26,675 nucleotides of DNA from a virus (IMGVR_UViG_3300035016_000039:1-26675), one strand, 5' to 3'. Numbered from the stretch's first letter, positions 17,830-25,367 are shown. The notes: generated from the sequence alone by a model not told the origin. Numbers and translations are program-made.

Positions 17830-18899
17830 TGCAGCACCTCCACGACTTCCCCGCCCAGCGTGGATTTAGCATCTTCCACTGCCCCGGCACCGACGAGCGA
17901 GGCTGGGAGGATGGAGAGTTCGACGGAGCGATAGCCGGGGGTCTGTTTCGTGTTCCGCCACGTCGTGCCGTCGAGATTGCGATATTCCACCCAATCGCCG
18001 TCGGGCGAGTAGCCAGCGTCGATTGCCTCGGCGAACGGGATGGTCTCGGGTATGAACAGATGATCGGGGCACGCGCGGGCCTGTTCGGCTTCAGCCAGTA
18101 CGCGGTTGTGTTTGGCGCAGGTCCACGCCCCCCGGCCGGTCATCTCGGCCGTCGCGTGGACGCACGACCTGCAGGTGACGGCGGGCAGTTCTTCCCCAAA
18201 GCATCGCGCCCGGTGTGGGCAGTAAACGCACGGCGGCTTAGCGGCCGATTCGGCAATGCGTGCCGGCGGGTTCTTGGCGGCCACGACCTGCCCAGCAAAG
18301 GAAAGCAGTCGTTCGGCGTCCGCACGTACTTCTTCGATGCGAAGCCGCTCCGAATAGAGCTCGTCTGTGTCTTTGTTCACCGCCAGGTACAGCCCCCGGG
18401 GCAACTCGGCCAGGAGCATGCCGACCGACAATTGCGCGAAGTGCTCCGGCTTGGCTTCCCGCAGGCCTTTACGGCGTAGTTCCGTAAAAGACTTGTTCGA
18501 GTGCGTCTTGAACTCGCAGGCGTGCCACGCCTTTCGGGCCTCGGGGACGCCCAGGGCAGCGCCGTCGATCTTGCAGACGAAATGCCCGGCGACGGCGGTG
18601 TATTCGAACTGTTGCCCGGTCGCAGGGTCGACCGTGTGAACCTCCGCGCCGATGGTCCGGAGGTTGGCCGCGAATCGCTCCTCCGCCAAGTGGCCGGTTT
18701 CGAACAGCCGAAGCATTCGGCCAGCGAAGGCTTCCTTCCCGGCCCAGCGGAAATCGAACCAGAGCTTTCGCGCGCACGGATGGCCGATCTGGGACGCGCC
18801 CAGCCGTTGCGATAGGCGGGACTTTTCCGCCTTCTCATATGCCGCGTATATCGCGGCGACTGTGGCTGAATCTTCGGGCGGTTCGGGTAACTTCGCCAT
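17826..18899 (-). CDS. Cas4-like PD-(D/E)XK exonuclease
   Basis: RLGASQIGHPCAR.LW..FRW, F.TGH..E, IDG, EFKT, and PCVYCPH..RC (1+3 Cys, Fe-S type), plus an extra CRSC.H...C.KH...C.DH cluster; CAGGAG SD. Confidence 0.88.
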   Translation of the reverse strand: MAKLPEPPEDSATVAAIYAAYEKAEKSRLSQRLGASQIGHPCARKLWFDFRWAGKEAFAGRMLRLFETGHLAEERFAANLRTIGAEVHTVDPATGQQFEYTAVAGHFVCKIDGAALGVPEARKAWHACEFKTHSNKSFTELRRKGLREAKPEHFAQLSVGMLLAELPRGLYLAVNKDTDELYSERLRIEEVRADAERLLSFAGQVVAAKNPPARIAESAAKPPCVYCPHRARCFGEELPAVTCRSCVHATAEMTGRGAWTCAKHNRVLAEAEQARACPDHLFIPETIPFAEAIDAGYSPDGDWVEYRNLDGTTWRNTKQTPGYRSVELSILPASLVGAGAVEDAKSTLGGEVVEVLQ

Positions 18900-18959
18900 G
18901 CTTTCTCCTGCTAAAGCCGGCGGTGACTGTTACGCCACCACCGACCGAAAGGGGGACGG

Positions 18960-19457
18960 TTACGACGCCTTTCGAGCCCATGGCGGTTTGCCGGTAGACG
19001 CCGCCGCGCCCGCTGCCGCAGGCTTGGCGACCGGCGGCACGGTGCTGCGCGGCGCCGTGGCACCCGATAGGCTCGAATAGCCCTTGATCTCGTTGCGCGG
19101 CGAGTACTGCCCATCGCCCGGCTTCACGATGACGTGAATGATGCACGGGATGTTGTGCAGCTCCGCCGAGTCCGAAACCCGCAGCTTGCCGACGGCGTGA
19201 CAGATGGCCGACAGGTCCTTCCGGGCGATCTCGACCGCCGTCGCGTTTGGGTTGTCCAGGTTGAGGTTCGACCAGACCTTACGGCCCTTGAACTCACCGT
19301 CGGTGATGGTCCACGTCATCGCGAGCCGCTGCCCGGTGCCCGCGGCGGTGGCCTTCATCTCCGATTCGGTGATCATCGCTTCGTACTGGTCGGGCGGGAT
19401 CGGCGTCATCGGTGCCGAGGGTTCCACGTTGTTCGCGTCAAAGTCTAAGTTTGCCAT
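18960..19457 (-). CDS. DUF669-type single-stranded DNA-binding protein
   Basis: MANLDFDANNVEP...PIP...Y.A.I..SE.K...G..L...W.I.DGEFKGRKVW.NLNL and C-terminal KPPWAR; AAGGA SD; follows the Sak4-like gene. Confidence 0.88.
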   Translation of the reverse strand: MANLDFDANNVEPSAPMTPIPPDQYEAMITESEMKATAAGTGQRLAMTWTITDGEFKGRKVWSNLNLDNPNATAVEIARKDLSAICHAVGKLRVSDSAELHNIPCIIHVIVKPGDGQYSPRNEIKGYSSLSGATAPRSTVPPVAKPAAAGAAASTGKPPWARKAS

Positions 19458-19519
19458 GATGTTTTCCTTTTCTGAGAGGGTTACAGTGTCCGTGTCCGTT
19501 TCGGGGCTCACGCCCCGCG

Positions 19520-20305
19520 TCACGCGGCCGGTGCCGCCTGCGATGCCTTGGTGACCTCCGCCATGAACTCTTGCCAGTTCATGGGGATCTCGTATGGCAG
19601 TTGCCCGTACGCGCCACGGCCGCCGCCAGGATGCGCCGGCCGTTTTTGCGTGTAGATCTTTCGCTCGTTCGTGCTCGTAGCGCGGCTCGCCTTTTTGTTG
19701 AACCCCGCGTCCTGCTTGTTCACGATCGTCTTCACGTTCGCGAACAGGATGGAATCGGCCCAGCGAAACAAGGCGTTGCTGGCCTTCTCCTGTACATCGA
19801 ACAGGTAGGTGTCGTACGGGTCCGCGAGCGGATCGTTAAACACCTTTACCTTGACGTGCCCGATGATGATCGTGGCCATGCCGCGTTCCTCGCGAAGCGC
19901 GTCGAGCCCGTCCATCAGTTCCTGCCAAAGCTTCAGGGCCTCCACGTAGCCCTTGCCGAACCCGCCACCGACACGCTCGATAGACGGGACACCGGCGTTC
20001 GCGCACGTCTGTTCCCAGACCAGCCGCTCGAGCGTGCTGGCGGAGTCGATCACGACCGTCTTGTGATCGTGCTCCTCCTGGTACAACACGCGGATCGCTT
20101 CGAGCACGTCCGCGTACGACCGGGCGGTGGGGAACTTCGCCACGTCCAGGTCGTCGATGCCTTCCTCTCCCTTGATCGGAATGAAAACAGGATTCTCGGC
20201 GCCGCCGGCGAACGTGGACTTTCCGATCTTTTCCACGCCCAACAGGACGATGCGAGGGGCCTTCAAAGCCCGTCCCTTACTGATGCTGGCCAAACTGAGT
20301 GCCAT
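19520..20305 (-). CDS. AAA_24 family ATPase (Sak4-like annealing recombinase)
   Basis: PRIVLLGVEKIGKSTFA, TVVIDSAS.LE, GFGKGY, IIIGH, WADSILFA; typical pairing with a DUF669 SSB. Confidence 0.88.
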   Translation of the reverse strand: MALSLASISKGRALKAPRIVLLGVEKIGKSTFAGGAENPVFIPIKGEEGIDDLDVAKFPTARSYADVLEAIRVLYQEEHDHKTVVIDSASTLERLVWEQTCANAGVPSIERVGGGFGKGYVEALKLWQELMDGLDALREERGMATIIIGHVKVKVFNDPLADPYDTYLFDVQEKASNALFRWADSILFANVKTIVNKQDAGFNKKASRATSTNERKIYTQKRPAHPGGGRGAYGQLPYEIPMNWQEFMAEVTKASQAAPAA

Positions 20306-20456
20306 GCTGTCCCTTCCTTTCAAACTTCCCGCCAGCCGTTAGGCCGCCGGGTCGTCGTGTGCGGTGGTCGCTTGTCACAGTCGTGCCGTCCGCCCACTGG
20401 TTGTGTCGATCTAAGAGCCACCGCCGCGGGTTAGGCGGCCGTGGCCCGCTCGTGGG

Positions 20457-20693
20457 TTATTGCATCACATCCATCGTGACCAATCCGCCCGCGGGCTTTT
20501 CCGTTTCAACCACCTGCGCCGCTGCCCTGTTCTCGCGCCGGATGGTTCGGTAGACCTCTTCGCGATGAACGCCGACGTCTTTCGGGGCAGTTATGCCCAG
20601 CCGCACCTTGTCCCCGCGGACGTCGACGATCGTGATTTCGATGTCGTCGCCGATCATGATTCGTTCCAGTCGTTGTCGTGATAAAACCAACAT
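20457..20693 (-). CDS. csrA: Carbon storage regulator CsrA/RsmA (phage-encoded)
   Basis: [48 protein letters not shown] is a full CsrA signature including the HREE RNA-binding Arg; AAGGA SD. Confidence 0.96.
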   Translation of the reverse strand: MLVLSRQRLERIMIGDDIEITIVDVRGDKVRLGITAPKDVGVHREEVYRTIRRENRAAAQVVETEKPAGGLVTMDVMQ

Positions 20694-20726
20694 GGCGGCG
20701 TCCTTTCCGGTTGATCCCCTCAAGTG

Positions 20727-20757
20727 CTGGCCGGGCCGTGGGTGTGAGCCCGGCCAG
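20727..20757. other. Perfect 10-bp hairpin in the csrA leader
   Basis: ctggccgggc-N11-gcccggccag; no U-tract on either side. Confidence 0.75.
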
Positions 20758-20782
20758 TTGGGGAGGGGGAAACGTTGCTTCG

Positions 20783-21019
20783 TTACTCGAACCGGTCGCC
20801 CGTATGCTTTGCGTCCCACTCCGCCTGCTCTTGCTCGTCGGTCTTCAGCTCCGGCCGGTCGATGTCGTCCATCAGGCGATTCAGGCACCGTGCGATGTGC
20901 TCGGGGTGGTAGTGCTCCTCCAGCCGGTGCCGCCGGACGACGACCGCGGCCTGCTCGAGCGTGGGCCGTTCGGGCGCCGGCTGGTGGATCGCGGTGGTTT
21001 CGGTTTGTTGTTTGGTCAT
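20783..21019 (-). CDS. Hypothetical protein (MTKQQTETT...)
   Basis: 78 aa with GC3-rich codons; start uncertain. Confidence 0.55.
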   Translation of the reverse strand: MTKQQTETTAIHQPAPERPTLEQAAVVVRRHRLEEHYHPEHIARCLNRLMDDIDRPELKTDEQEQAEWDAKHTGDRFE

Positions 21020-21075
21020 GTTCAGTCTCGCTGGTTTGTTGTTGATGCCGCTGACGATGTCCGCGATATGGTCGA

Positions 21076-21354
21076 TCAACGCAGCCGCTCCGCTTCCGCA
21101 TGCCGCGTCTTCACGAGGTCCTTCTTCAGTTCCAGCAGCCGCGTGTAGATGCCGTCGGCGGTGTCGGCCTCCAGGTCGTCCATGATGTCGGTCAGCTCGT
21201 CGGCGATATCGACCCGCGCGCACCATCGGCGGTCGACGTGGACCTTGTCGGGCTGGTACGTGCCGAACGCCGGGACGAAACTCATGCGGGGCTCTCCGCT
21301 CTCGTCAGCGAATGCCGTTGACGACCATGGGCTGTGGGGGTTAGTGTCGATCAT
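21076..21354 (-). CDS. Hypothetical protein
   Basis: 92 aa; GAGAGGT SD; acidic helical C-terminal half. Confidence 0.6.
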   Translation of the reverse strand: MIDTNPHSPWSSTAFADESGEPRMSFVPAFGTYQPDKVHVDRRWCARVDIADELTDIMDDLEADTADGIYTRLLELKKDLVKTRHAEAERLR

Positions 21355-21382
21355 GTCGTACCTCTCTGTTAGGTGCGGCCGT

Positions 21383-21420
21383 GCCGACGGGTGCTACTAA
21401 CACCGCGTCGGTTTTTGTTT
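21383..21420 (+). terminator. Intrinsic terminator-like hairpin, antisense to the early operon
   Basis: gccgacgggtg-ctactaa-caccgcgtcgg followed by tttttgttt. Confidence 0.45.
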
Positions 21421-21501
21421 GCCCTGCCGGAACGTCCGGGGAGGGCCTTCAATCGCCCCACCACCCCGTTAAGGCTGGCGGGCGAACACGTGGAGTCGTC
21501 C

Positions 21502-21966
21502 CTACACCACCTTCATTCGCTGCCGGGGCAGGTTCGCCTTGATCTGCTGCAGCGTCACAATCGCGTCCGATGCCAACGCATCAATCTGCTCGGATTCCGG
21601 CACCGTCACGTTGTTGTCTTCCGTCGCCGCGTGAACCGCCTTCAGCGTGGCGTGTGCCTCGCCGTTGGCCCTTACCGCGTGGGCCAGCATGTCGCCGCCG
21701 TCCGAGTCGGGCGCGAAGCAGACGATCAGCCCCGTGCTGGCGAACGCCGCCTGCCCGACGTGGAGGCGGACGTCGCTCTGCATGCGCTGCAGCCACAGGT
21801 TGACGGTTCGGTAGGTGGGGTCGGTGTTGCCTGCGAGGTAGTTGTAGACCGTGCGTTCCTCGCAACCGGCCCAATGCGCCAGCTGCTTCACCGTCAGCTC
21901 GCCCGCGTCGATGTAGTGCTGTAGGGCGGCGACCAGCGATCCGAAGTTCATTGCGTTCTTAGTCAT
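21502..21966 (-). CDS. CII-like regulator (186/P2 CII-type architecture)
   Basis: N-terminal HTH (TVKQLAHWAGCEERTVYNYLAG) and C-terminal helical domain with AATEDNNVTVPE, similar to the A..DG.IT..E motif; second gene of the lytic operon. Confidence 0.7.
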   Translation of the reverse strand: MTKNAMNFGSLVAALQHYIDAGELTVKQLAHWAGCEERTVYNYLAGNTDPTYRTVNLWLQRMQSDVRLHVGQAAFASTGLIVCFAPDSDGGDMLAHAVRANGEAHATLKAVHAATEDNNVTVPESEQIDALASDAIVTLQQIKANLPRQRMKVV

Positions 21967-22015
21967 GGAAGTGAAATCCGTTTCGTGGGCCTGCGGCTAT
22001 CGTTAGATGCGTTAC

Positions 22016-22222
22016 TTAGGCGGCGGCGTTCGGGTTACGAGCGTCGTTGGCGCTCACCGGTTGGTTGCCGGTGGCGGTGAGCTGCGGCCGAAGGGATTCC
22101 AGTTGAACGAATCGCTCTTTGGCCACGTCGCGCAACGTCTTCGTGAGGGTCTTGTGGCCCCGGCGCTGTCGCTCCGCCTCAACCTGTCGCTCGAACTCTT
22201 CATCACGAATGTTGATTGCCAT
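22016..22222 (-). CDS. Ribbon-helix-helix regulator in the Cro position
   Basis: MAINIRDEEFERQVEAERQRRGHKTLTKTLRDVAKERF has a strand-helix-G-helix pattern like Rv0623/VapB-type RHH proteins; first gene after the leftward promoter. Confidence 0.65.
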   Translation of the reverse strand: MAINIRDEEFERQVEAERQRRGHKTLTKTLRDVAKERFVQLESLRPQLTATGNQPVSANDARNPNAAA

Positions 22223-22231
22223 GATGAGGCG

Positions 22232-22260
22232 ATTATGTAGCGATTTAGTACCGAAGTCAA
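22232..22260 (-). promoter_or_regulatory. Early lytic promoter TTGACT-17-CATAAT
   Basis: Near-consensus hexamers with exact 17-nt spacer; the -10 ends 9 nt before the ATG at 22222. Confidence 0.8.
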
Positions 22261-22317
22261 ATATATTTGTAGCGATTTTGTATCGCATCGCTACGCATTG
22301 TTGCCTAAATCGTTACA
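22236..22317. promoter_or_regulatory. Operator array TGTA(G/A)CGATTT (2 direct, 2 inverted copies)
   Basis: tgtagcgattt at 22236-22246 and 22268-22278; inverted atcgctac at 22287-22294 and aaatcgttaca at 22307-22317; lies between divergent regulator genes. Confidence 0.78.
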
Positions 22318-22337
22318 GTGTCGTAACTAATGAGGGA

Positions 22338-22805
22338 ATGCCGGTGTTTGGAGACGCGTTCAATAAGTTGGTCACCGAAGAATTGCGGTGGTCGATCCGT
22401 CGTTTTTCGGCACAGACAGGATTGAGCACCAGCACGTTCAATCGCATCAAAGCGATGGACTCGCCTCGCGAGCTCTATCCTTCAACGGTTGAGAAGATTA
22501 CTGCGGGGCTCGGGTGGTCAACCGCGGAGTTCAATAGCTGGTGGGCCGGCGTGCAGTACGGCGACCCCGTGCGACGGCTGCGAGCGCGCATGATCGATAT
22601 GCGGGTGAGCGTCGAACAACTGGCCGACGCGACGCAGCGCGGCTTCGATGCCGTTGGCGCGGCGCTTGAGAATCCGCGCATCATGAGCCGCGAACTGTTT
22701 GAGGAACTGAGGGCGGCGCTAGACCGAATCGGTAGGGAGCGTGCGGAAGGGACCGCCAAGCCCAAGGGGGACGCGGGGGCGGGCGGGAAGTCAAAGGCGG
22801 GGTGA
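22338..22805 (+). CDS. CI-like repressor with two tandem XRE-type HTH domains, no S24 peptidase
   Basis: WSIRRFSAQTGLSTSTFNRI...TVEKITAGLG and LRARMIDMRVSVEQLADATQRGFDAVGAAL; GAGGG upstream; divergent from the lytic operon. Confidence 0.75.
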   Translation: MPVFGDAFNKLVTEELRWSIRRFSAQTGLSTSTFNRIKAMDSPRELYPSTVEKITAGLGWSTAEFNSWWAGVQYGDPVRRLRARMIDMRVSVEQLADATQRGFDAVGAALENPRIMSRELFEELRAALDRIGRERAEGTAKPKGDAGAGGKSKAG

Positions 22806-22842
22806 GGGGCGAGGGGTACGGTCTTAACTTTTTGGGAGGGTT

Positions 22843-23772
22843 ATGTCTGACAAAATCGGCCTGAACGCGTACGTGGTGAAGATGCGTAAGCGCATGACAG
22901 CTTCGGATCTGGAAAGTTCCCTCGGTGGCCCGCACGATGCGACGGCAGTGTTCTACGACTACCTGAACCAGCGACGAACTACCACGACGAAGGTTCAGCG
23001 AACATCGACCGCGTTCTCGGTGATCCGGCTGGAGAAGGACGAGACGATTCCATCTGTGCATGGCCTTATTGAGTTTGGAGAGTACGGCCGCGCGGCTACG
23101 CTGAAGGATGTAGAAAGCGGTTCCACGACACACCGAAAAGGTAGGAACGAAAGCGAGTTCTCCCCCCGTTATTTTCGAGCCCACTTCCCGAACGGGCGAA
23201 CGCGCGGTGTGTTCCTCGTTCAGCAAAATGGCAGCGACAAGACCAAGGCTACGATCGAGAACGACCTTCGGTCTTACTGCGAAAATTGCGAGCTGACCTT
23301 GGCGATGAACCCGCTCACTCACCAGGAGGCGCTGGAGAAGTTTCTAGGCCAGGGCCAGGCCAAGACCCTTCGCGTTACTCGTTATGTTCGGAATCAATTT
23401 TCGGACGAGATTCTGAGGGGAATGAAGGTTGATGGCGAGCAGCTGGATCAGGGCGCCGAGGTGGAAATTGTGATTCGACACTCCAATCTGGTCAAGCGAA
23501 TCGGAGCCGCCGCGCTCAGTGTGTCACAGCGGGCAACCGCCGCAAGGGATCTGATCGAAATCGCTGGATTGGACGGATACGATGATGTTGCGGTCGACGT
23601 CCAGCTGGCAGGAAAGACCCGAAAGATGAGTTTGACAAGTGCTGGTGGGACAGCTATGCGATACGACGTGACGAACGATATTGAACTGGACGGGGACGGA
23701 CACCCAACCTATTCGTCAATAGACACTTACGCGAAAAAATTATGTCGAGACTTGGTGGACAAAATCGTCTAG
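22843..23772 (+). CDS. Soluble 309-aa protein; candidate RexA/DUF4747-like exclusion sensor
   Basis: GGAGG SD; no TM; alpha/beta pattern (VHGLIEFGEYG, PRYFRAHFP...GVFLVQQNG); lower GC than the flanks by eye. Family inferred mainly from synteny. Confidence 0.55.
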   Translation: MSDKIGLNAYVVKMRKRMTASDLESSLGGPHDATAVFYDYLNQRRTTTTKVQRTSTAFSVIRLEKDETIPSVHGLIEFGEYGRAATLKDVESGSTTHRKGRNESEFSPRYFRAHFPNGRTRGVFLVQQNGSDKTKATIENDLRSYCENCELTLAMNPLTHQEALEKFLGQGQAKTLRVTRYVRNQFSDEILRGMKVDGEQLDQGAEVEIVIRHSNLVKRIGAAALSVSQRATAARDLIEIAGLDGYDDVAVDVQLAGKTRKMSLTSAGGTAMRYDVTNDIELDGDGHPTYSSIDTYAKKLCRDLVDKIV

Positions 23773-23782
23773 AATCCATGCC

Positions 23783-24409
23783 ATGACACGGTTCTTCAAC
23801 ATTGGACCGATTGTCTGGGACCATTTCCGTCCCTTCCGTTTTGGGGAGAAACGGCAAACGAGTTTCCAGCACATCGCCGTCTTTCTCGTGATTCCGATCC
23901 TATTCGGGGTCGCGCTATCGTTTTGGAAGCCGGCCGGAGCTCGCTCACAGCAGGCCGCGTTCATGACTGCCTACTCCTTGGTGGCGGCCGTGATGCTGGC
24001 TCTTTTGCCGGTCGTCCAAAGCATTCTTGGTTTTACCCCTATCGACCGAGAGCGAGTGTTTTTGGAGCGAGATAAGCCACTTTGGAGAGAACAGGTCATT
24101 CGCCTTCAGGTGTTACGAGAGCTCTACTCTGAGATCTCGTTTGCTGTCCTAATACTTGTCGTATCGTTGGCTCCAGCTATGGCTGCAGGCGCTAGCGCTC
24201 TGCCGCTTTGGGCTCTTCAGGGGTTGAGTGCTTTCGTCTACTCCGTCGGATTCTCTGCTGCGATCGCTTGCGTACACATAATGACCAATGTGTATCTGGT
24301 TTTGGATGCGCAAGCCAAAGAGGCGACTCGCTTTCTCGACAAGGCGAACCCTGACGCCGCTCATCCCTCTCAAGAGAATCGGATGTCGAGCGGTTCATCT
24401 GCGGCATGA
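23783..24409 (+). CDS. 4-TM membrane protein; candidate RexB-like effector
   Basis: Four hydrophobic segments: IAVFLVIPILFGVALSFW, AFMTAYSLVAAVMLALLPVV, ISFAVLILVVSLAPAMAAG, LSAFVYSVGFSAAIACVHIM; 10-nt gap after its partner. Confidence 0.7.
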   Translation: MTRFFNIGPIVWDHFRPFRFGEKRQTSFQHIAVFLVIPILFGVALSFWKPAGARSQQAAFMTAYSLVAAVMLALLPVVQSILGFTPIDRERVFLERDKPLWREQVIRLQVLRELYSEISFAVLILVVSLAPAMAAGASALPLWALQGLSAFVYSVGFSAAIACVHIMTNVYLVLDAQAKEATRFLDKANPDAAHPSQENRMSSGSSAA

Positions 24410-24435
24410 AAAAGGCCGTTCCTCCCTGAACGGCC
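24409..24435 (-). terminator. Intrinsic terminator for bet, between convergent genes
   Basis: aaaaa-ggccgttc-ctccct-gaacggcc: perfect 8-bp stem with a U5 tract on the minus strand. Confidence 0.75.
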
Positions 24436-24446
24436 ACTGCGTCAAT

Positions 24447-25265
24447 CTACCCCGCCGCCACCCCGTACTTCTCCGGCTCCGACGCCAGGCAGTACAGCAC
24501 CGTCGCCCAGAACCGCAGCGGCGGCACGTCCGGATCGCCCGTCAACAGGTGCGGGTATCGTTCCTCAAACGAGCGTACCAGCGCCTTGCGCGCCGCCTCG
24601 CTGCCCAGCCCGTAGACGTGGATCAACTTCAGTTCGAACTGCATGGCCGACGTCGGCGTTTCATCTGTCGGTTCGACCCCGCGCCGTTCGATGTCCTCGT
24701 GTGTCTGCACCGTTGAACGCGGCGTCCGCTTCATCCGCTCGGGGTTCAACTCCCCTTCCACGTAGATCCCGCCCAGCTGCTCGGGGAACGCCAGCCGCAG
24801 CACGCCGGCCTCGGCGCACTTGCCCAGCATCGTGTGGGGCATCGTCCGCCAGCAATCACTTTCCGGGTTCTCGCGTTCGCCCCATCGCACCGTGTGCGCG
24901 TACAGGAACCGCTCGCCGTTCAACAGCCGGTAAGCGTACGCGGTGGCGCTGACGAGCCTGCCCTCGCCGTCCTCCGCGAACTTCGTGACCTCGTTGCCAG
25001 CGTACTGGCCGGTGCGGTGCGCGATTGTGCGGATGCCCTCGATCGTCAGTTCGAACTCGACGACGCGATGCCCCGCGGCGCCGGGGCAGTCCCGGAATTT
25101 GGGGTAGACCGTCCTGCTCCAAGCGTTGAGGTTGTGCTTCGCGCAGAAGTCCAGCATGTGCCGGTATTCCTCGCGGGACAGTTCGGGGAACCGGCTACGG
25201 CGGTGCGCCTCTTCCGATTCCGTCAGTACCACCTTCACGCCATCGTCGGAACTCTTAGCCATCAC
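24447..25265 (-). CDS. bet: Redβ/RecT-family single-strand annealing protein
   Basis: LTIEGIRTIAHRTGQYAG and WRTMPHTMLGKCAEAGVLRLAFPEQLGGIY..GEL are Bet hallmarks; GGAGG SD; start GTG 25265 or ATG 25262. Confidence 0.9.
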   Translation of the reverse strand: MMAKSSDDGVKVVLTESEEAHRRSRFPELSREEYRHMLDFCAKHNLNAWSRTVYPKFRDCPGAAGHRVVEFELTIEGIRTIAHRTGQYAGNEVTKFAEDGEGRLVSATAYAYRLLNGERFLYAHTVRWGERENPESDCWRTMPHTMLGKCAEAGVLRLAFPEQLGGIYVEGELNPERMKRTPRSTVQTHEDIERRGVEPTDETPTSAMQFELKLIHVYGLGSEAARKALVRSFEERYPHLLTGDPDVPPLRFWATVLYCLASEPEKYGVAAG

Positions 25266-25320
25266 GGCCTCCCGTTGTAAATCCCCATCCGTGGATGTGT
25301 TCGGTCTTCTACAGGGAGGG

Positions 25321-25367
25321 ATTATACTCCATAAGTACGGGAAGTGTTAGGATAAAGTCACTTATCC
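25321..25367 (-). promoter_or_regulatory. bet promoter (TATAAT) with upstream inverted repeat GGATAA-N6-TTATCC
   Basis: Perfect -10 at 25321-25326 (minus); poor -35; inverted repeat at 25350-25367. Confidence 0.55.

Noticed and set aside
17826-18899. Cas4-like gene as evidence of CRISPR-Cas
   Set aside because: No array or other cas genes seen; such exonucleases are routine in Sak4/SSB/helicase modules.
20694-21101. 214-aa ORF implying an N-terminally extended CsrA
   Set aside because: Low-complexity off-frame extension; SD and canonical MLVLSR start are at 20693.
22016-22222. VapB-like antitoxin implying a toxin-antitoxin pair
   Set aside because: No PIN or other toxin gene adjacent; position fits a Cro equivalent.
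22843-24409. Naming the pair as Kiwa, or assigning rexA/rexB symbols
   Set aside because: No sequence-level recognition; only architecture and synteny are visible, so it stays a candidate.
13498-24409. Several proteins ending in Ala-Ala as ClpXP degrons
   Set aside because: Ala codons are frequent at high GC; cannot be told from chance without statistics.
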